Source: Croceibacterium sp. (GTDB taxonomy: Bacteria; Pseudomonadota; Alphaproteobacteria; Sphingomonadales; Sphingomonadaceae). From it: a stretch of 64,000 bases of DNA. Location of the stretch: assembly GCA_035555595.1 (NCBI GenBank), contig DATMGK010000063.1:7244-71243 (forward strand). The letters run 5' to 3'. The notes under the pieces are model-generated. The model had not been told where the DNA came from. It made no database searches and saw only the letters and a list, made by a program, of their open reading frames with translations. Shown here in pieces: positions 29,098-39,003 of this stretch. A program made the translations under genes and the position numbers. Each line of letters opens with the position of its first letter. The first letter of the stretch is position 1.

Positions 29098-29400
29098 ATG
29101 TCATCGATAGCGATCACCCGCACTGACGAAACGACGCACGGCGCCTATCGCATAGAGCTGCCCGGCATCGAACGGCCTGCGGAGCTGACATGGCGCGCAA
29201 AGGGTGAGGCGCGGATCGCCGATCATACGTTCGTGCCCGACGAAATGCGCGGACAGGGGATCGCGCAGAAACTGGTCGATGCCCTGATCGAGGATGCGCG
29301 GGCGCAGGGTTTCACCATTGTCCCGCAGTGCAGCTATGTCGCCGCCCAGTTCCGCCGCCACCCCGAGTGGGCCGATCTGCTGGCCGACACACCGAGCTGA
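29098..29400 (+). CDS. small GNAT-family N-acetyltransferase (YjdJ-like)
   Basis: 100 aa from the ATG at 29098. ...MRGQGIAQKLVDALIEDARAQGFTIVPQCSYV is the characteristic single-domain GNAT (Acetyltransf_CG-like) pattern. Confidence 0.7.
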   Translation: MSSIAITRTDETTHGAYRIELPGIERPAELTWRAKGEARIADHTFVPDEMRGQGIAQKLVDALIEDARAQGFTIVPQCSYVAAQFRRHPEWADLLADTPS

Positions 29401-29407
29401 CCGCCCC

Positions 29408-30946
29408 TCAACCCGGCAATCGCGAGAAATCGACGGCGACGATCTTCTCGACCGCCGCGTCGCGAACGGCCTTCGCCTGCGCCAGCGGCAGGCCATGCAG
29501 GTCCAGCTTTCCACCCGCGAGGCCGAGCCGCACCGTGGCGTAGCCGCCCCACCGGCCCAGCGGGCTCTGTGCGATTTCCGCCGATTGCAACTTTACCAAC
29601 GGCGCCAAGGCAAGGCGGGGCGACAGCGATCCCGTGCGTGAAAAGATCTGCCGGTTGTCGATCGCGTGCCGATGCCGCCGCCAGCCGATGAAATTGACGA
29701 TCGCCGCACCGGCAATGGCCAGAGCCCCCAGCGCGGGAGGGAACGGACTGGCGAGCGCCACACCGACCCCGATACCCACAGCCGTGAACAGCAAAGCGTT
29801 CAACAGCGTGTCGTACAGCCACGGGCGGTGAGAGGGGCGGTGCCATTCCAGCCCTTCCCCCGGTGGCTCTATCCCCGCCGCGCGAACCAGCGGCCATATC
29901 TCTTCCAACTGGGCGAATGGCGCGATGACATGGTCTTCCGCCTTGTCGCCGTCTTGCGCCAGGCTGATGAAATCCAGCGCATACCAGCCGAATCGGCGGC
30001 GAATCAGGCCGCTGCGGACCAGCGCCGCCTGCACCCGGTGCACCGGCATCAGCACATCGGTCTTGCTGAACAGGCCGCGCCGACGGCGAAATCCCCGTGC
30101 CGTCCGTTCCAGCAAAAAGCCGTATTCGCGCATGAATGTGCGGGCAATTCCTGTGACGATGCCCAGCAGCACCACAGCCAGCAGGGAACCCGCGACGGCC
30201 AATGCCAGCGTGACCCGGCCCATATGGGCCAGCCCTTCTATCCCAGCCTCTCCGCCGGAAACCAGCGTGCGCCAACCATCCCCTTCCCAGATATTGAACG
30301 GAAAGAGGAAATCGAACTGCTGCGTGACGCCCAGCAGCACCGCGAAAACCACCAGCGAGAATTCGAACAGGCCGAACATGGCCACGCGCCGGTCATCCAT
30401 CGCGAACAGCACGTCACCCCCGGCGCGCGCCGCTGACGGTGAAGGCTCTGCCATTGCCGCTGCAGGGGAAGGCGGGCCTTCCTTGCGCTCACGCACCAGT
30501 TCCCGCAGCCGCTCGCTTTCCGGCAGCGACAGATAGGCGAGCGCGATTTCTTCCTTGCCGCCCGCCCCGGTTTCGAATCGCACTTCCGCCAACCCCAGCA
30601 GGCGGGGAAGCCACTTCTGTTCGATGCTGACGTCCTGAATACGTTCGTAGGGGACGGATCGCGCGCTGCGCGACAGCAGCCCCTTCTCCACCCGAATGTC
30701 GTCCGCCCCGGTCAGATAAGTCAGCCTGCGCCACTGGAGCCACGCCACGCCGAAGCTCAACGCTCCGCCGAAAATCAGCACGCCCGCGATCACCGGCAAG
30801 GCCAGCCCACCGGTGCCGATTATCGCAGCGACGGCCGGGATCGCCCCCTGGAAAAGCTGGGTCAACGCCCTGACCAGAAATCCGCGGGGGTCGGTGCGAA
30901 GCGGCGCGGCATCCAGTACCGGGGATACGCCGTCAGGATCGCTCAC
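29408..30946 (-). CDS. YdbT-like membrane protein with repeated bacterial PH (bPH_2) domains
   Basis: 512 aa with three repeats of a TM hairpin plus a PH-like module. It overlaps the upstream ydbS-like gene by 4 nt. Confidence 0.72.
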   Translation of the reverse strand: MSDPDGVSPVLDAAPLRTDPRGFLVRALTQLFQGAIPAVAAIIGTGGLALPVIAGVLIFGGALSFGVAWLQWRRLTYLTGADDIRVEKGLLSRSARSVPYERIQDVSIEQKWLPRLLGLAEVRFETGAGGKEEIALAYLSLPESERLRELVRERKEGPPSPAAAMAEPSPSAARAGGDVLFAMDDRRVAMFGLFEFSLVVFAVLLGVTQQFDFLFPFNIWEGDGWRTLVSGGEAGIEGLAHMGRVTLALAVAGSLLAVVLLGIVTGIARTFMREYGFLLERTARGFRRRRGLFSKTDVLMPVHRVQAALVRSGLIRRRFGWYALDFISLAQDGDKAEDHVIAPFAQLEEIWPLVRAAGIEPPGEGLEWHRPSHRPWLYDTLLNALLFTAVGIGVGVALASPFPPALGALAIAGAAIVNFIGWRRHRHAIDNRQIFSRTGSLSPRLALAPLVKLQSAEIAQSPLGRWGGYATVRLGLAGGKLDLHGLPLAQAKAVRDAAVEKIVAVDFSRLPG

Positions 30947-31413
30947 AACGTGTCGCGCCGGATTTTCTCGCGGATCGCCTCGCGCATTTCCAGCGCATCG
31001 GCTTCGGCAAGGCCGGGCAGCGGGACGGAGGCGTTATGCGTGCCCGCCGTATGCAGCACCAGCGTGGCAAGGCCATAATACCGCTCTATCGGCCCACGCT
31101 CCACATCGATGTGCTGCACCCGGCCAAACGGAACCACGGTATCCTTGCGCCACAGCAGCCCGCGCACCACCCGCAGCCGGTCTGCCCCCATCTGGTATCC
31201 GCGCGCCGCATGGCGGCGCAGCGGCATGCGGATCACGAACCAGACGAGCAGCGCCAGCACCGGAACCAGCGCCAGCCCGCGCGGCACCGGCAGTACATGG
31301 GCCAGTTCTATCACGAGCGTGGCGATGAATGGAGGAATGGCCGCAAGAATCGCGGCAAGGCGCAGCGCCTTGACGTGATTGGGATGCAGCGGTGTGAGCT
31401 CTTCCCCCTCCAT
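30943..31413 (-). CDS. YdbS-like bPH_2 domain membrane protein
   Basis: 156 aa with two TM helices followed by YQMGADRLRVVRGLLWRKDTVVPFGRVQHIDVERGPIERYYGLATLVLHTAG, a bPH_2 signature. Confidence 0.75.
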   Translation of the reverse strand: MEGEELTPLHPNHVKALRLAAILAAIPPFIATLVIELAHVLPVPRGLALVPVLALLVWFVIRMPLRRHAARGYQMGADRLRVVRGLLWRKDTVVPFGRVQHIDVERGPIERYYGLATLVLHTAGTHNASVPLPGLAEADALEMREAIREKIRRDTL

Positions 31414-31469
31414 AGTGCCCTAGATGAACAACACACCCGCTAAAAGCAAGGTTGGGTAGAGCGAAAGGA

Positions 31470-31544
31470 TGGTGCTGCTGGGGAGGATTGAACTCCCGAC
31501 CTCACCCTTACCAAGGGTGCGCTCTACCACTGAGCTACAGCAGC
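31470..31544 (-). tRNA. tRNA-Thr (anticodon GGU)
   Basis: The minus strand reads GCTGCTG-TA-GCTC-AGTGGTA-GAGC-G-CACCC-TTGGTAA-GGGTG-AGGTC-GGGAG-TTCAATC-CTCCC-CAGCAGC-A-CCA. 75 nt. Confidence 0.92.
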
Positions 31545-31635
31545 ACGGGGAAGCAGGCGGGCGCTATTGTCGCGCGCCGCCCAAGTGTCAAGCGATGCTT
31601 GAGCGTGGCACACATTCGCGGCAAGGGTGGCGGCG

Positions 31636-31791
31636 ATGAATGGGCCAAAAACCGAACCCTCCCGCGAAGAGCGGCTGGCCGCCAAGCTGCGCGAGAATCT
31701 GCGGCGGCGAAAGGCGCAGTCGCGCGAGTTGGGCACCCGCGCCGAGGGTACGGGGGACGATGCGCTTTCCAAAGAGGCGGAGGACCGCTAA
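31636..31791 (+). CDS. possible small basic protein (51 aa)
   Basis: Below the track cutoff. Translation: MNGPKTEPSREERLAAKLRENLRRRKAQSRELGTRAEGTGDDALSKEAEDR. Codons are GC3-rich. The LRxNLRRRKAQxR motif resembles a small conserved alphaproteobacterial ORF I recall, but this is unverified. Confidence 0.4.
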   Translation: MNGPKTEPSREERLAAKLRENLRRRKAQSRELGTRAEGTGDDALSKEAEDR

Positions 31792-31822
31792 CGGGCGTGG
31801 CTCCTTCAGATAAGGAGCGTTC

Positions 31823-32509
31823 GTGCCCGCGTTGATCCTCGTCCGCCACGGCCAGAGCCAGTGGAATCTGGAAAACCGTTTCACCGGCTGGTGGGACGTG
31901 GACCTGACCGAAAAAGGTGTGGCCGAAGCGCGCGCCGCCGGGGAACTGCTGGCCGAAAAGGGCGTGTTGCCCGACCGCGCCTTCACCTCGCTGCAGACCC
32001 GCGCGATCAAGACGCTGCATCTGGCGCTGGAAGCCTGTGGCCGCCTGTGGATCCCGGAAGTGAAGGACTGGCGCCTGAACGAACGCCACTATGGCGGGCT
32101 GACCGGCCTGAACAAGGCAGAGACCGCCGAAAAGCATGGCGAGGAACAGGTGCATGTCTGGCGCCGCAGCTTCGACGTGCCGCCGCCCGTACTGGAAGCC
32201 GGCAGCACTTTCGATCTTTCCGCCGATCCGCGCTACGCCGGGCTGCCGGTTCCGAATACGGAAAGCCTGAAGACCACAATCGATCGTGTGCTGCCCTATT
32301 GGGAAGGCACAGTGCGCCCCGTGCTGGCGGGCGGTGAAACGGTGATCGTATCGGCCCACGGCAATTCCCTGCGTGCGCTGGTAAAGCATCTGTCGGGCAT
32401 TTCCGACGACGACATCACGGCGCTGGAAATTCCTACCGGCCAGCCGATCGTTTACGAATTCGACGCACAGATGAACGCCGGAGAACGGCATTACCTGAAG
32501 GACAGGTGA
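31823..32509 (+). CDS. gpmA: 2,3-bisphosphoglycerate-dependent phosphoglycerate mutase
   Basis: GTG start with an [30 protein letters not shown] and the [10 protein letters not shown] motifs. Confidence 0.94.
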   Translation: MPALILVRHGQSQWNLENRFTGWWDVDLTEKGVAEARAAGELLAEKGVLPDRAFTSLQTRAIKTLHLALEACGRLWIPEVKDWRLNERHYGGLTGLNKAETAEKHGEEQVHVWRRSFDVPPPVLEAGSTFDLSADPRYAGLPVPNTESLKTTIDRVLPYWEGTVRPVLAGGETVIVSAHGNSLRALVKHLSGISDDDITALEIPTGQPIVYEFDAQMNAGERHYLKDR

Positions 32510-32510
32510 C

Positions 32511-32996
32511 ATGGGGGCATCCGTAGCAATCGTGATGGGCAGCCAGTCCGACTGGCCGACCATGCGCCGGGCCGCAGAGGCTCTTGACCGGCTGGAGGTG
32601 CCCTATGAGGCGCGCATCGTTTCGGCCCACCGCACACCCGACCGGCTGGTCGATTTCGCCAAGGGCGCGGCGGACGAAGGGTTCAAGGTCGTTATCGCGG
32701 GCGCGGGCGGTGCGGCGCACCTGCCCGGCATGGTCGCATCGATGACCCATCTGCCCGTGCTGGGCGTACCGGTCGAATCGAAGGCGCTGAAGGGGAAGGA
32801 CAGCCTGCTTTCCATCGTCCAGATGCCTGCGGGAATCCCGGTGGGCACACTGGCAATCGGGGAACCCGGCGCAGCGAATGCCGGCCTGATGGCCGCCGCG
32901 ATCCTGGCCCTGTCGGATGCCGCGCTGGCCGATCGGCTCAAAGCCTTCCGCGCCGAACAGACGGCCGGCGTGGCAGAAAGCCCGCGCGACGCATGA
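32511..32996 (+). CDS. purE: 5-(carboxyamino)imidazole ribonucleotide mutase
   Basis: [23 protein letters not shown] and [10 protein letters not shown]. Confidence 0.95.
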   Translation: MGASVAIVMGSQSDWPTMRRAAEALDRLEVPYEARIVSAHRTPDRLVDFAKGAADEGFKVVIAGAGGAAHLPGMVASMTHLPVLGVPVESKALKGKDSLLSIVQMPAGIPVGTLAIGEPGAANAGLMAAAILALSDAALADRLKAFRAEQTAGVAESPRDA

Positions 32997-34045
32997 TCCT
33001 GCCCGGCTCAACCATCGGCATCCTCGGCGGCGGCCAGCTTGGGCGAATGCTGGCCATGGCCGCCGCGCAGCTCGGCTATCGCTGCCACATCTACGCGCCG
33101 GAGAAAGACAGCGTCGCCGCCGATGTCAGCGCGCAATTCTCCTGCGCCGACTGGCATGATCGTGATGCGCTGACCGAATTCGCCAGTGTGTGCGACGTGG
33201 TGACTTACGAGTTCGAGAACGTGCCGGTGGCGCCGCTTTCGGTTATCCCTGACGGCCGCCTGATGCCCGGCACCCGCGCGCTGGAAGTGGCGCAGGACCG
33301 GCTGCGTGAAAAACGCTTCGCCGAAGAACAGGGCGGCCGCCCGGCACCCTATGCCGCGATCGACGCCGATCATGAGATTCAGGCCGCCATCGATCGCGTA
33401 GGCGTACCCGGTATCCTGAAAACCCGACGCGAAGGGTATGACGGCAAAGGCCAGTGGCGCATTTCATCCGCCCATGAGGCAGAGGGGACGCGCGTTCCGC
33501 AGGATGGCCTCGTTTACGAAGGACATGTCCGGTTCAATGCCGAATTTTCGGTGATTCTGGTGCGCGGGCACGACGGTGCGGTGCGGTTCTGGGATTCGAC
33601 GGTCAATGTGCATGACGGTGGCATCCTCGGCCGCTCCTCCCTCCCCGCCCCGGACGTGGTAACGCGGCAGGTGCCCGAAGCGCGCAAGCTGGCGCAGGCG
33701 GTGGCCGAGGCGCTGGGCTATATCGGTGTGCTGACGCTGGAATTCTTCGCCACGCAGGATGGCCCGGTGTTCAACGAGATGGCCCCGCGGGTCCATAATT
33801 CCGGCCACTGGACGATCGAGGGTGCGGTTACGAGCCAGTTCGAAAACCACATCCGCGCGATCTGCGGGCTGCCACTGGGTGACACCGCCACGCTGTTCCC
33901 CCGTGTCGAGATGACCAACCTGATCGGCGACGGCCCGGCACAGGTTGTGGAGGCGTTGGCCGATCCGCGCGTGCACCTGCACTTCTACGGCAAGGCCGAA
34001 GCGCGCAAGGGCCGCAAGATGGGCCACGTTACAGAGGTAGGCTGA
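32993..34045 (+). CDS. purK: 5-(carboxyamino)imidazole ribonucleotide synthase
   Basis: [14 protein letters not shown] and an ATP-grasp core ([28 protein letters not shown]). The start overlaps purE (ATGA). Confidence 0.94.
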   Translation: MILPGSTIGILGGGQLGRMLAMAAAQLGYRCHIYAPEKDSVAADVSAQFSCADWHDRDALTEFASVCDVVTYEFENVPVAPLSVIPDGRLMPGTRALEVAQDRLREKRFAEEQGGRPAPYAAIDADHEIQAAIDRVGVPGILKTRREGYDGKGQWRISSAHEAEGTRVPQDGLVYEGHVRFNAEFSVILVRGHDGAVRFWDSTVNVHDGGILGRSSLPAPDVVTRQVPEARKLAQAVAEALGYIGVLTLEFFATQDGPVFNEMAPRVHNSGHWTIEGAVTSQFENHIRAICGLPLGDTATLFPRVEMTNLIGDGPAQVVEALADPRVHLHFYGKAEARKGRKMGHVTEVG

Positions 34046-34530
34046 TGGCGCGTGAAGTAATCTTCGTGGTGGCGCGCGCGCTGGATGGCACCATCGGCCA
34101 TGACGGCGACGTGCCGTGGAAAATCCGTGCAGACCTGCAACGGTTCAAGCGGCTGACCATGGGCAAGCCGATGATCATGGGCCGCAAGACCTTCGACAGC
34201 CTGCCCGGCCTGCTGCCCGGCCGCCGCCATATCGTGCTGACCCGCCAGGCCGACTGGGCCGCGCCGGGTGCGGAGGTAGTTCATACGGTTGACGACGCGC
34301 TGACCCTTGCCGGGCCCGGTGACATTGCGGTGATCGGCGGCGCGGAAATCTTCGCGCTGTTCATGCCCCATGCCACCCGGCTGGAAGTGACCGAGATCGA
34401 CGAACATACCGGTGGCGAAATTGTCATGGCCGCGCCCGGCCCCGAATGGCGCGAGACGGCGCGGGAGAGCTTCGCCGCCGCTGGCGACGACCCCGCCTAT
34501 GCCTTCGTCACGCTGGAGCGGACTGCATGA
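34045..34530 (+). CDS. folA: dihydrofolate reductase
   Basis: VVARALDGTIGHDGDVPWKIRADLQRFKRLTMGKPMIMGRKTFDSLPG. There is a 1-nt overlap with the purK stop. Confidence 0.9.
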   Translation: MAREVIFVVARALDGTIGHDGDVPWKIRADLQRFKRLTMGKPMIMGRKTFDSLPGLLPGRRHIVLTRQADWAAPGAEVVHTVDDALTLAGPGDIAVIGGAEIFALFMPHATRLEVTEIDEHTGGEIVMAAPGPEWRETARESFAAAGDDPAYAFVTLERTA

Positions 34531-35453
34531 TACGGATCGCGCATCGCGATCCCGTTCCCCCCTCTCTGCGCGGCGCCATTGTGGCGCTGGGCAATTTTGA
34601 CGGCTTCCATCTGGGCCATCAGCGCGTGGTGGCCGAAGCGGTGGAATGGGCGCGCGCAGAAGGCCGCCCCGCCATCGTCGCCACGTTCGATCCGCACCCG
34701 GTGCGCCACTTCGCCCCGCATGTGCCGCCCTTCCGACTGACCACGCTGGACCAGCGGCAGGAACTGTTCGCATCTGCGGGCGCCGACGCCATGCTGGTAT
34801 TCGCTTTCGATGACGATCTGGCAGCGACCAGCGCGGCAGATTTCGTCGGCAACCTGCTGGGCAATCACATCGGCGCGACCGGGGTGGTGACCGGCGAAGA
34901 CTTTACGTTCGGCAAGGGGCGGGGCGGCAATCTGGCGCTGCTGGCAGAAGAGGGTGCGAAACACGGCATTGCCGCCCGCGCGGTGGGGCCGGTGATGCAC
35001 GGCGGCCTGCCGGTATCTTCCAGCCGCATCCGCGATGCCTTGAAGGCGGGGGATTGCGAGACGGCCACCCTGCTGATGACCCGCCCCTTCGCCGTGCGCG
35101 CACCCGTGCTGCATGGTGACAAGCGCGGGCGCGAAATCGGTTATCCCACCGCCAATATCGACATGGGCCCATACCTGCGCCCCCGTTATGGCATCTATGC
35201 CGTGACTGCGCGTGTGCCCGGCACCGGCGAGGCGCTGAAGGGCGCGGCCAGTCTGGGTATCCGCCCACAGTTCGAACCGGCGCGGGAATGGCTGGAACCC
35301 TATTTCTTCGATTTCTCCGGCGATCTCTATGGTCAGGAGATAGAGGTGGCGCTGCACCACTTCCTGCGGCCCGAGGCGAAGTTCGACACGCTGGACGCCC
35401 TCACTACGCAAATGGCGGCAGACTGCACCCGCGCGCGCGGACTGCTGGGCTAG
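34527..35453 (+). CDS. ribF: bifunctional riboflavin kinase / FAD synthetase
   Basis: The internal ATG at 34527 (ATGA overlap with folA) gives MIRIAHRD...VALGNFDGFHLGHQ, with a C-terminal riboflavin kinase domain (GYPTANI, PYFFDFSGDLYG). Confidence 0.93.
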   Translation: MIRIAHRDPVPPSLRGAIVALGNFDGFHLGHQRVVAEAVEWARAEGRPAIVATFDPHPVRHFAPHVPPFRLTTLDQRQELFASAGADAMLVFAFDDDLAATSAADFVGNLLGNHIGATGVVTGEDFTFGKGRGGNLALLAEEGAKHGIAARAVGPVMHGGLPVSSSRIRDALKAGDCETATLLMTRPFAVRAPVLHGDKRGREIGYPTANIDMGPYLRPRYGIYAVTARVPGTGEALKGAASLGIRPQFEPAREWLEPYFFDFSGDLYGQEIEVALHHFLRPEAKFDTLDALTTQMAADCTRARGLLG

Positions 35454-35521
35454 AATTGCCTCGCGCCACCCCGCGCGAACAAATTGCAGTCCTGCCCCGC
35501 CCCCGCTAAGGCGCGCGCTGC

Positions 35522-38461
35522 ATGTCTGAACAGCGCGACTACAGAGACACGGTTTTCCTGCCGAAGACCGATTTCCCCATGAAAGCCGGCCTTCCCCAGA
35601 AGGAGCCGGAGATTCTGGCACGCTGGCAGGCGGCCGACCTTTACCGGCAGGTGCGTGAAGCGCGCGCCGGACGTGAGAAATTCATTCTCCACGATGGCCC
35701 GCCCTACGCCAATGGCGACATGCACATCGGCCACGCGCTGAACCATGTGCTGAAGGACATGGTCGTCCGCACCCAGACCCTGCTGGGCAAGGACGCGCCC
35801 TATGTGCCCGGCTGGGATTGCCACGGCCTCCCCATCGAATGGAAGGTGGAGGAACAGTACCGCAAGAAGAAGCTGGACAAGGATCAGGTCGATCCGGTGG
35901 AGTTCCGCGCCGAATGCCGCGCCTATGCCCAGCAATGGGTGGACGTGCAGCGCGAACAGCTGAAGCGGCTGGGCATCAACGGCGACTGGGAACACCCCTA
36001 TCTGACGATGCAGTTCGACAGCGAGGCGACCATCGTGGCCGAGCTGCTGAAATTCGCCGAAAGCGGCCAGCTCTATCGCGGCGCCAAGCCGGTGATGTGG
36101 TCCCCGGTGGAAAAGACCGCGCTGGCCGAAGCCGAGGTTGAATACGAGGACATCACATCGACGCAGGTCGACGTGGCGTTCGAGATCACGGAAAGCCCGA
36201 TCCCGGAGCTGGTCGGCGCCCATGCGGTGATCTGGACGACGACGCCTTGGACGATCCCGGTGAACCAGGCTTTGGCCTATGGGCCGGATGTTGAGTATGT
36301 TCGTTTACGTGCCGCAAGCACCGGCGTTCTAGGTTGGGGGCACCAAGACGAAGCGGCAGACAGCAATCCCGGACATCGCTGGTTCGGCAAAGAATACTTG
36401 ATCGCAAAACCTCTGGTTGAGGAATTCCGAGAGCGAGTAACGTTGGCGCTAACCAGAGAAATTCAGGCTGAGTTTCCCACGACCGACGTAACTATCAACT
36501 TTCATGCTATGGGTGAGCATAAAGGCTCCGACCTAGCCGGCACCGTCGCCCGCCATCCAATGCACCACCTCGGCGGGTTCTATGCCGAGCCGCGGCCGTT
36601 CCTCCCCGGCGATTTCGTCACCACAGACAGCGGCACCGGCCTCGTCCACATGGCGCCGGATCATGGCGAGGACGACTTCGATCTGTGCAAGGCGCATGGA
36701 ATCGGGCCGAAGTTCGTGGTGGAGGCCGATGGCCGTTATCGCGAGGATTGGGCATGGCTGCCGCGCACCGACGAACGCTCGATGTCGGTCATCAACCCCA
36801 AGTTTAATGCGCCCGATGGCCCCGTCTGTTCGGACCTGCGCGCGGCGGGCGCTCTCCTCAGCGCATCCGCAGATTATAAACACTCTTATCCACACAGCTG
36901 GCGGTCCAAGGCCAAGGTTATCTATCGCTGCACGCCGCAGTGGTTCGTGCCAATGGACAAGCGCACACTGGAACACCGCGATAACAAGTGGGAACAGCGG
37001 TGGGAGAACGAGGGCGGATCGCAGGAACCGCTGAAGACGCTGCGCGAACTGGCGACTGACGCGCTGGAAGCCACGAAGTTCTATCCCGAAAAGGGCCGCA
37101 ACCGCATCGGCAGCATGGTCGCCGGTCGCCCGGACTGGGTGCTGAGCCGCCAGCGCGCATGGGGCGTGCCGATCACCCTGTTCGTCGATCGCAAGACCGG
37201 CGAATATCTGGTCGACCTCGACGTGAACCAGCGCATCGTCGCCGCGGTGAGCGAACAAGGCGTCGATGCGTGGAGCGACGAAGCGGCGCAGACCCTGCTG
37301 GGCAACAAATACGACGTAGCCGATTACGAACGCGTGACCGACATTCTGGACGTGTGGTTCGATTCCGGTTCCACCCACGCCTTCGTGCTGGAAAGCGGGC
37401 GCTGGCCGGAACTGCAATGGCCGGCGGACCTCTATCTGGAAGGCAGCGACCAGCATCGCGGCTGGTTCCAGTCCAGCCTGCTGGAAAGCTGCGGCACACG
37501 CGGCCGCGCGCCCTATAACGCAGTGCTGACCCACGGCTTCACGATGGACGCCAAGGGCGAGAAAATGTCCAAGTCCAAGGGCAATACCGTCAGCCCGCTG
37601 GACACGATGCGCGATTATGGCGCGGACATCATCCGCCTGTGGGCGCTCAGCGTCGATTACACCGAAGATCACCGGATCGGCCCGGAAATCCTGAAGGGCG
37701 TGGCCGACCAGTATCGCAAGCTGCGTAACACGTTCCGTTACCTGCTGGGTGCGCTGGACGGGTTCGACGATGCCGAGCGTCTGACCGATGTGGCCGCGAT
37801 GCCCGAACTGGAACGCTATGTTCTGGCGCTGCTGGGCAAGCTGGATGCGACCCTGCGCGCGGCGGCGCTGGAATACGATTTCAACACCTACACCCGCGCA
37901 CTGGTCGATTTCTGTAACGAGGACTTGTCCGCGTTCTACTTCGATATCCGCAAGGACCGGCTCTATTGCGATGCGCCCTCCGGGCTGGAGCGGCGCGCCT
38001 ATCGCACGGTGCTGGACACACTGTTCCACGCGCTGATCCGCTATGCCGCGCCGGTGCTGGTCTTCACGGCAGAGGAAGTGTGGCAAAGCCGCTATCCCGG
38101 CGCGAGCGTGCACCTGCTGGAATGGCCGGAAGTCCCCGCTGCCGAAGCTGACATGATTCGCTGGACCGAGTTGCGCGCGCTGCGCGAACGCGTGACCGAA
38201 GCGATCGAACCGCTGCGGCGTGAAAAGACCGTGCGGTCCAGCCTGGAGGCTGAAGTCATGGTTCCCGAAGCTGCAGTCCCGGCTGGCTTTACCGATGCTG
38301 ATCTGGCCGAACTGTTCATCAGTGCCGCCGTGACGCGCGGCGGGGAAGGAATCGCCGTTCGGCGGAGCGGTGACGACAAGTGCGGTCGCTGCTGGCGCCT
38401 GCTACCCGATGTGCCCGAAGACGGCGCGCTGTGCGGCCGCTGCGAGGATGCTCTGGCATGA
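35522..38461 (+). CDS. ileS: isoleucine--tRNA ligase
   Basis: 979 aa with HIGH (PYANGDMHIGHALN), KMSKS and a C-terminal Zn-ribbon (CGRCW...CGRC). It contains a compositionally atypical in-frame patch at about 36290-36540. Confidence 0.96.
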   Translation: MSEQRDYRDTVFLPKTDFPMKAGLPQKEPEILARWQAADLYRQVREARAGREKFILHDGPPYANGDMHIGHALNHVLKDMVVRTQTLLGKDAPYVPGWDCHGLPIEWKVEEQYRKKKLDKDQVDPVEFRAECRAYAQQWVDVQREQLKRLGINGDWEHPYLTMQFDSEATIVAELLKFAESGQLYRGAKPVMWSPVEKTALAEAEVEYEDITSTQVDVAFEITESPIPELVGAHAVIWTTTPWTIPVNQALAYGPDVEYVRLRAASTGVLGWGHQDEAADSNPGHRWFGKEYLIAKPLVEEFRERVTLALTREIQAEFPTTDVTINFHAMGEHKGSDLAGTVARHPMHHLGGFYAEPRPFLPGDFVTTDSGTGLVHMAPDHGEDDFDLCKAHGIGPKFVVEADGRYREDWAWLPRTDERSMSVINPKFNAPDGPVCSDLRAAGALLSASADYKHSYPHSWRSKAKVIYRCTPQWFVPMDKRTLEHRDNKWEQRWENEGGSQEPLKTLRELATDALEATKFYPEKGRNRIGSMVAGRPDWVLSRQRAWGVPITLFVDRKTGEYLVDLDVNQRIVAAVSEQGVDAWSDEAAQTLLGNKYDVADYERVTDILDVWFDSGSTHAFVLESGRWPELQWPADLYLEGSDQHRGWFQSSLLESCGTRGRAPYNAVLTHGFTMDAKGEKMSKSKGNTVSPLDTMRDYGADIIRLWALSVDYTEDHRIGPEILKGVADQYRKLRNTFRYLLGALDGFDDAERLTDVAAMPELERYVLALLGKLDATLRAAALEYDFNTYTRALVDFCNEDLSAFYFDIRKDRLYCDAPSGLERRAYRTVLDTLFHALIRYAAPVLVFTAEEVWQSRYPGASVHLLEWPEVPAAEADMIRWTELRALRERVTEAIEPLRREKTVRSSLEAEVMVPEAAVPAGFTDADLAELFISAAVTRGGEGIAVRRSGDDKCGRCWRLLPDVPEDGALCGRCEDALA

Positions 38462-39003
38462 ACGATACACGCAACCGCGTGATCGCCGTGGCGCTGGCCG
38501 CCGCGATCTATGCTGTCGATCAGTGGATCAAGTACTGGGTTACCGGCCCGCTGGGGCTGACCCGGATCGGCGACCAGATCTACGTCATGCCGATCTTCAA
38601 CCTGACTCTGACGCACAATTACGGCGTGTCTCTGGGCTTCCTTGAGGCGACTTCACCGGAAATGCGCTGGGGCCTCGTCGTGCTGACGGGAATCATCGCA
38701 GCGGCGGTGCTTGTCTGGCTGCTGCGCGAACGCCGGTTGCTGGATGTCGTGCCGCTCGGCCTTATTCTCGGCGGTGCGCTGGGCAATATCCAGGATCGCG
38801 CGGTTTATGGTTATGTGATCGATTATGCCGACCTGCACTTCGGCGATTTCCGGCCTTTCCTGATCTTCAATGTCGCCGATGCGGCGATATCGATCGGGGT
38901 GGCATTTATCCTTGTCCGCGCGCTGTTCATGCGCGAGAAACCGGCCGAGCCGCAGGAACGCGGCATGGCGGACCAATCCGCGGAGAATTCTACGAATGCC
39001 TGA
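38458..39003 (+). CDS. lspA: lipoprotein signal peptidase II
   Basis: The internal ATG at 38458 (ATGA overlap with ileS). NYGVSLGFL and FNVADAAISIGV motifs. 181 aa. Confidence 0.9.
   Translation: MNDTRNRVIAVALAAAIYAVDQWIKYWVTGPLGLTRIGDQIYVMPIFNLTLTHNYGVSLGFLEATSPEMRWGLVVLTGIIAAAVLVWLLRERRLLDVVPLGLILGGALGNIQDRAVYGYVIDYADLHFGDFRPFLIFNVADAAISIGVAFILVRALFMREKPAEPQERGMADQSAENSTNA

Noticed and set aside
36533-38113. 526-aa minus-strand ORF inside ileS
   Set aside because: It is antisense to ileS and has an Ala/Arg/Gly-rich composition with no motifs. It is a high-GC open-frame artefact.
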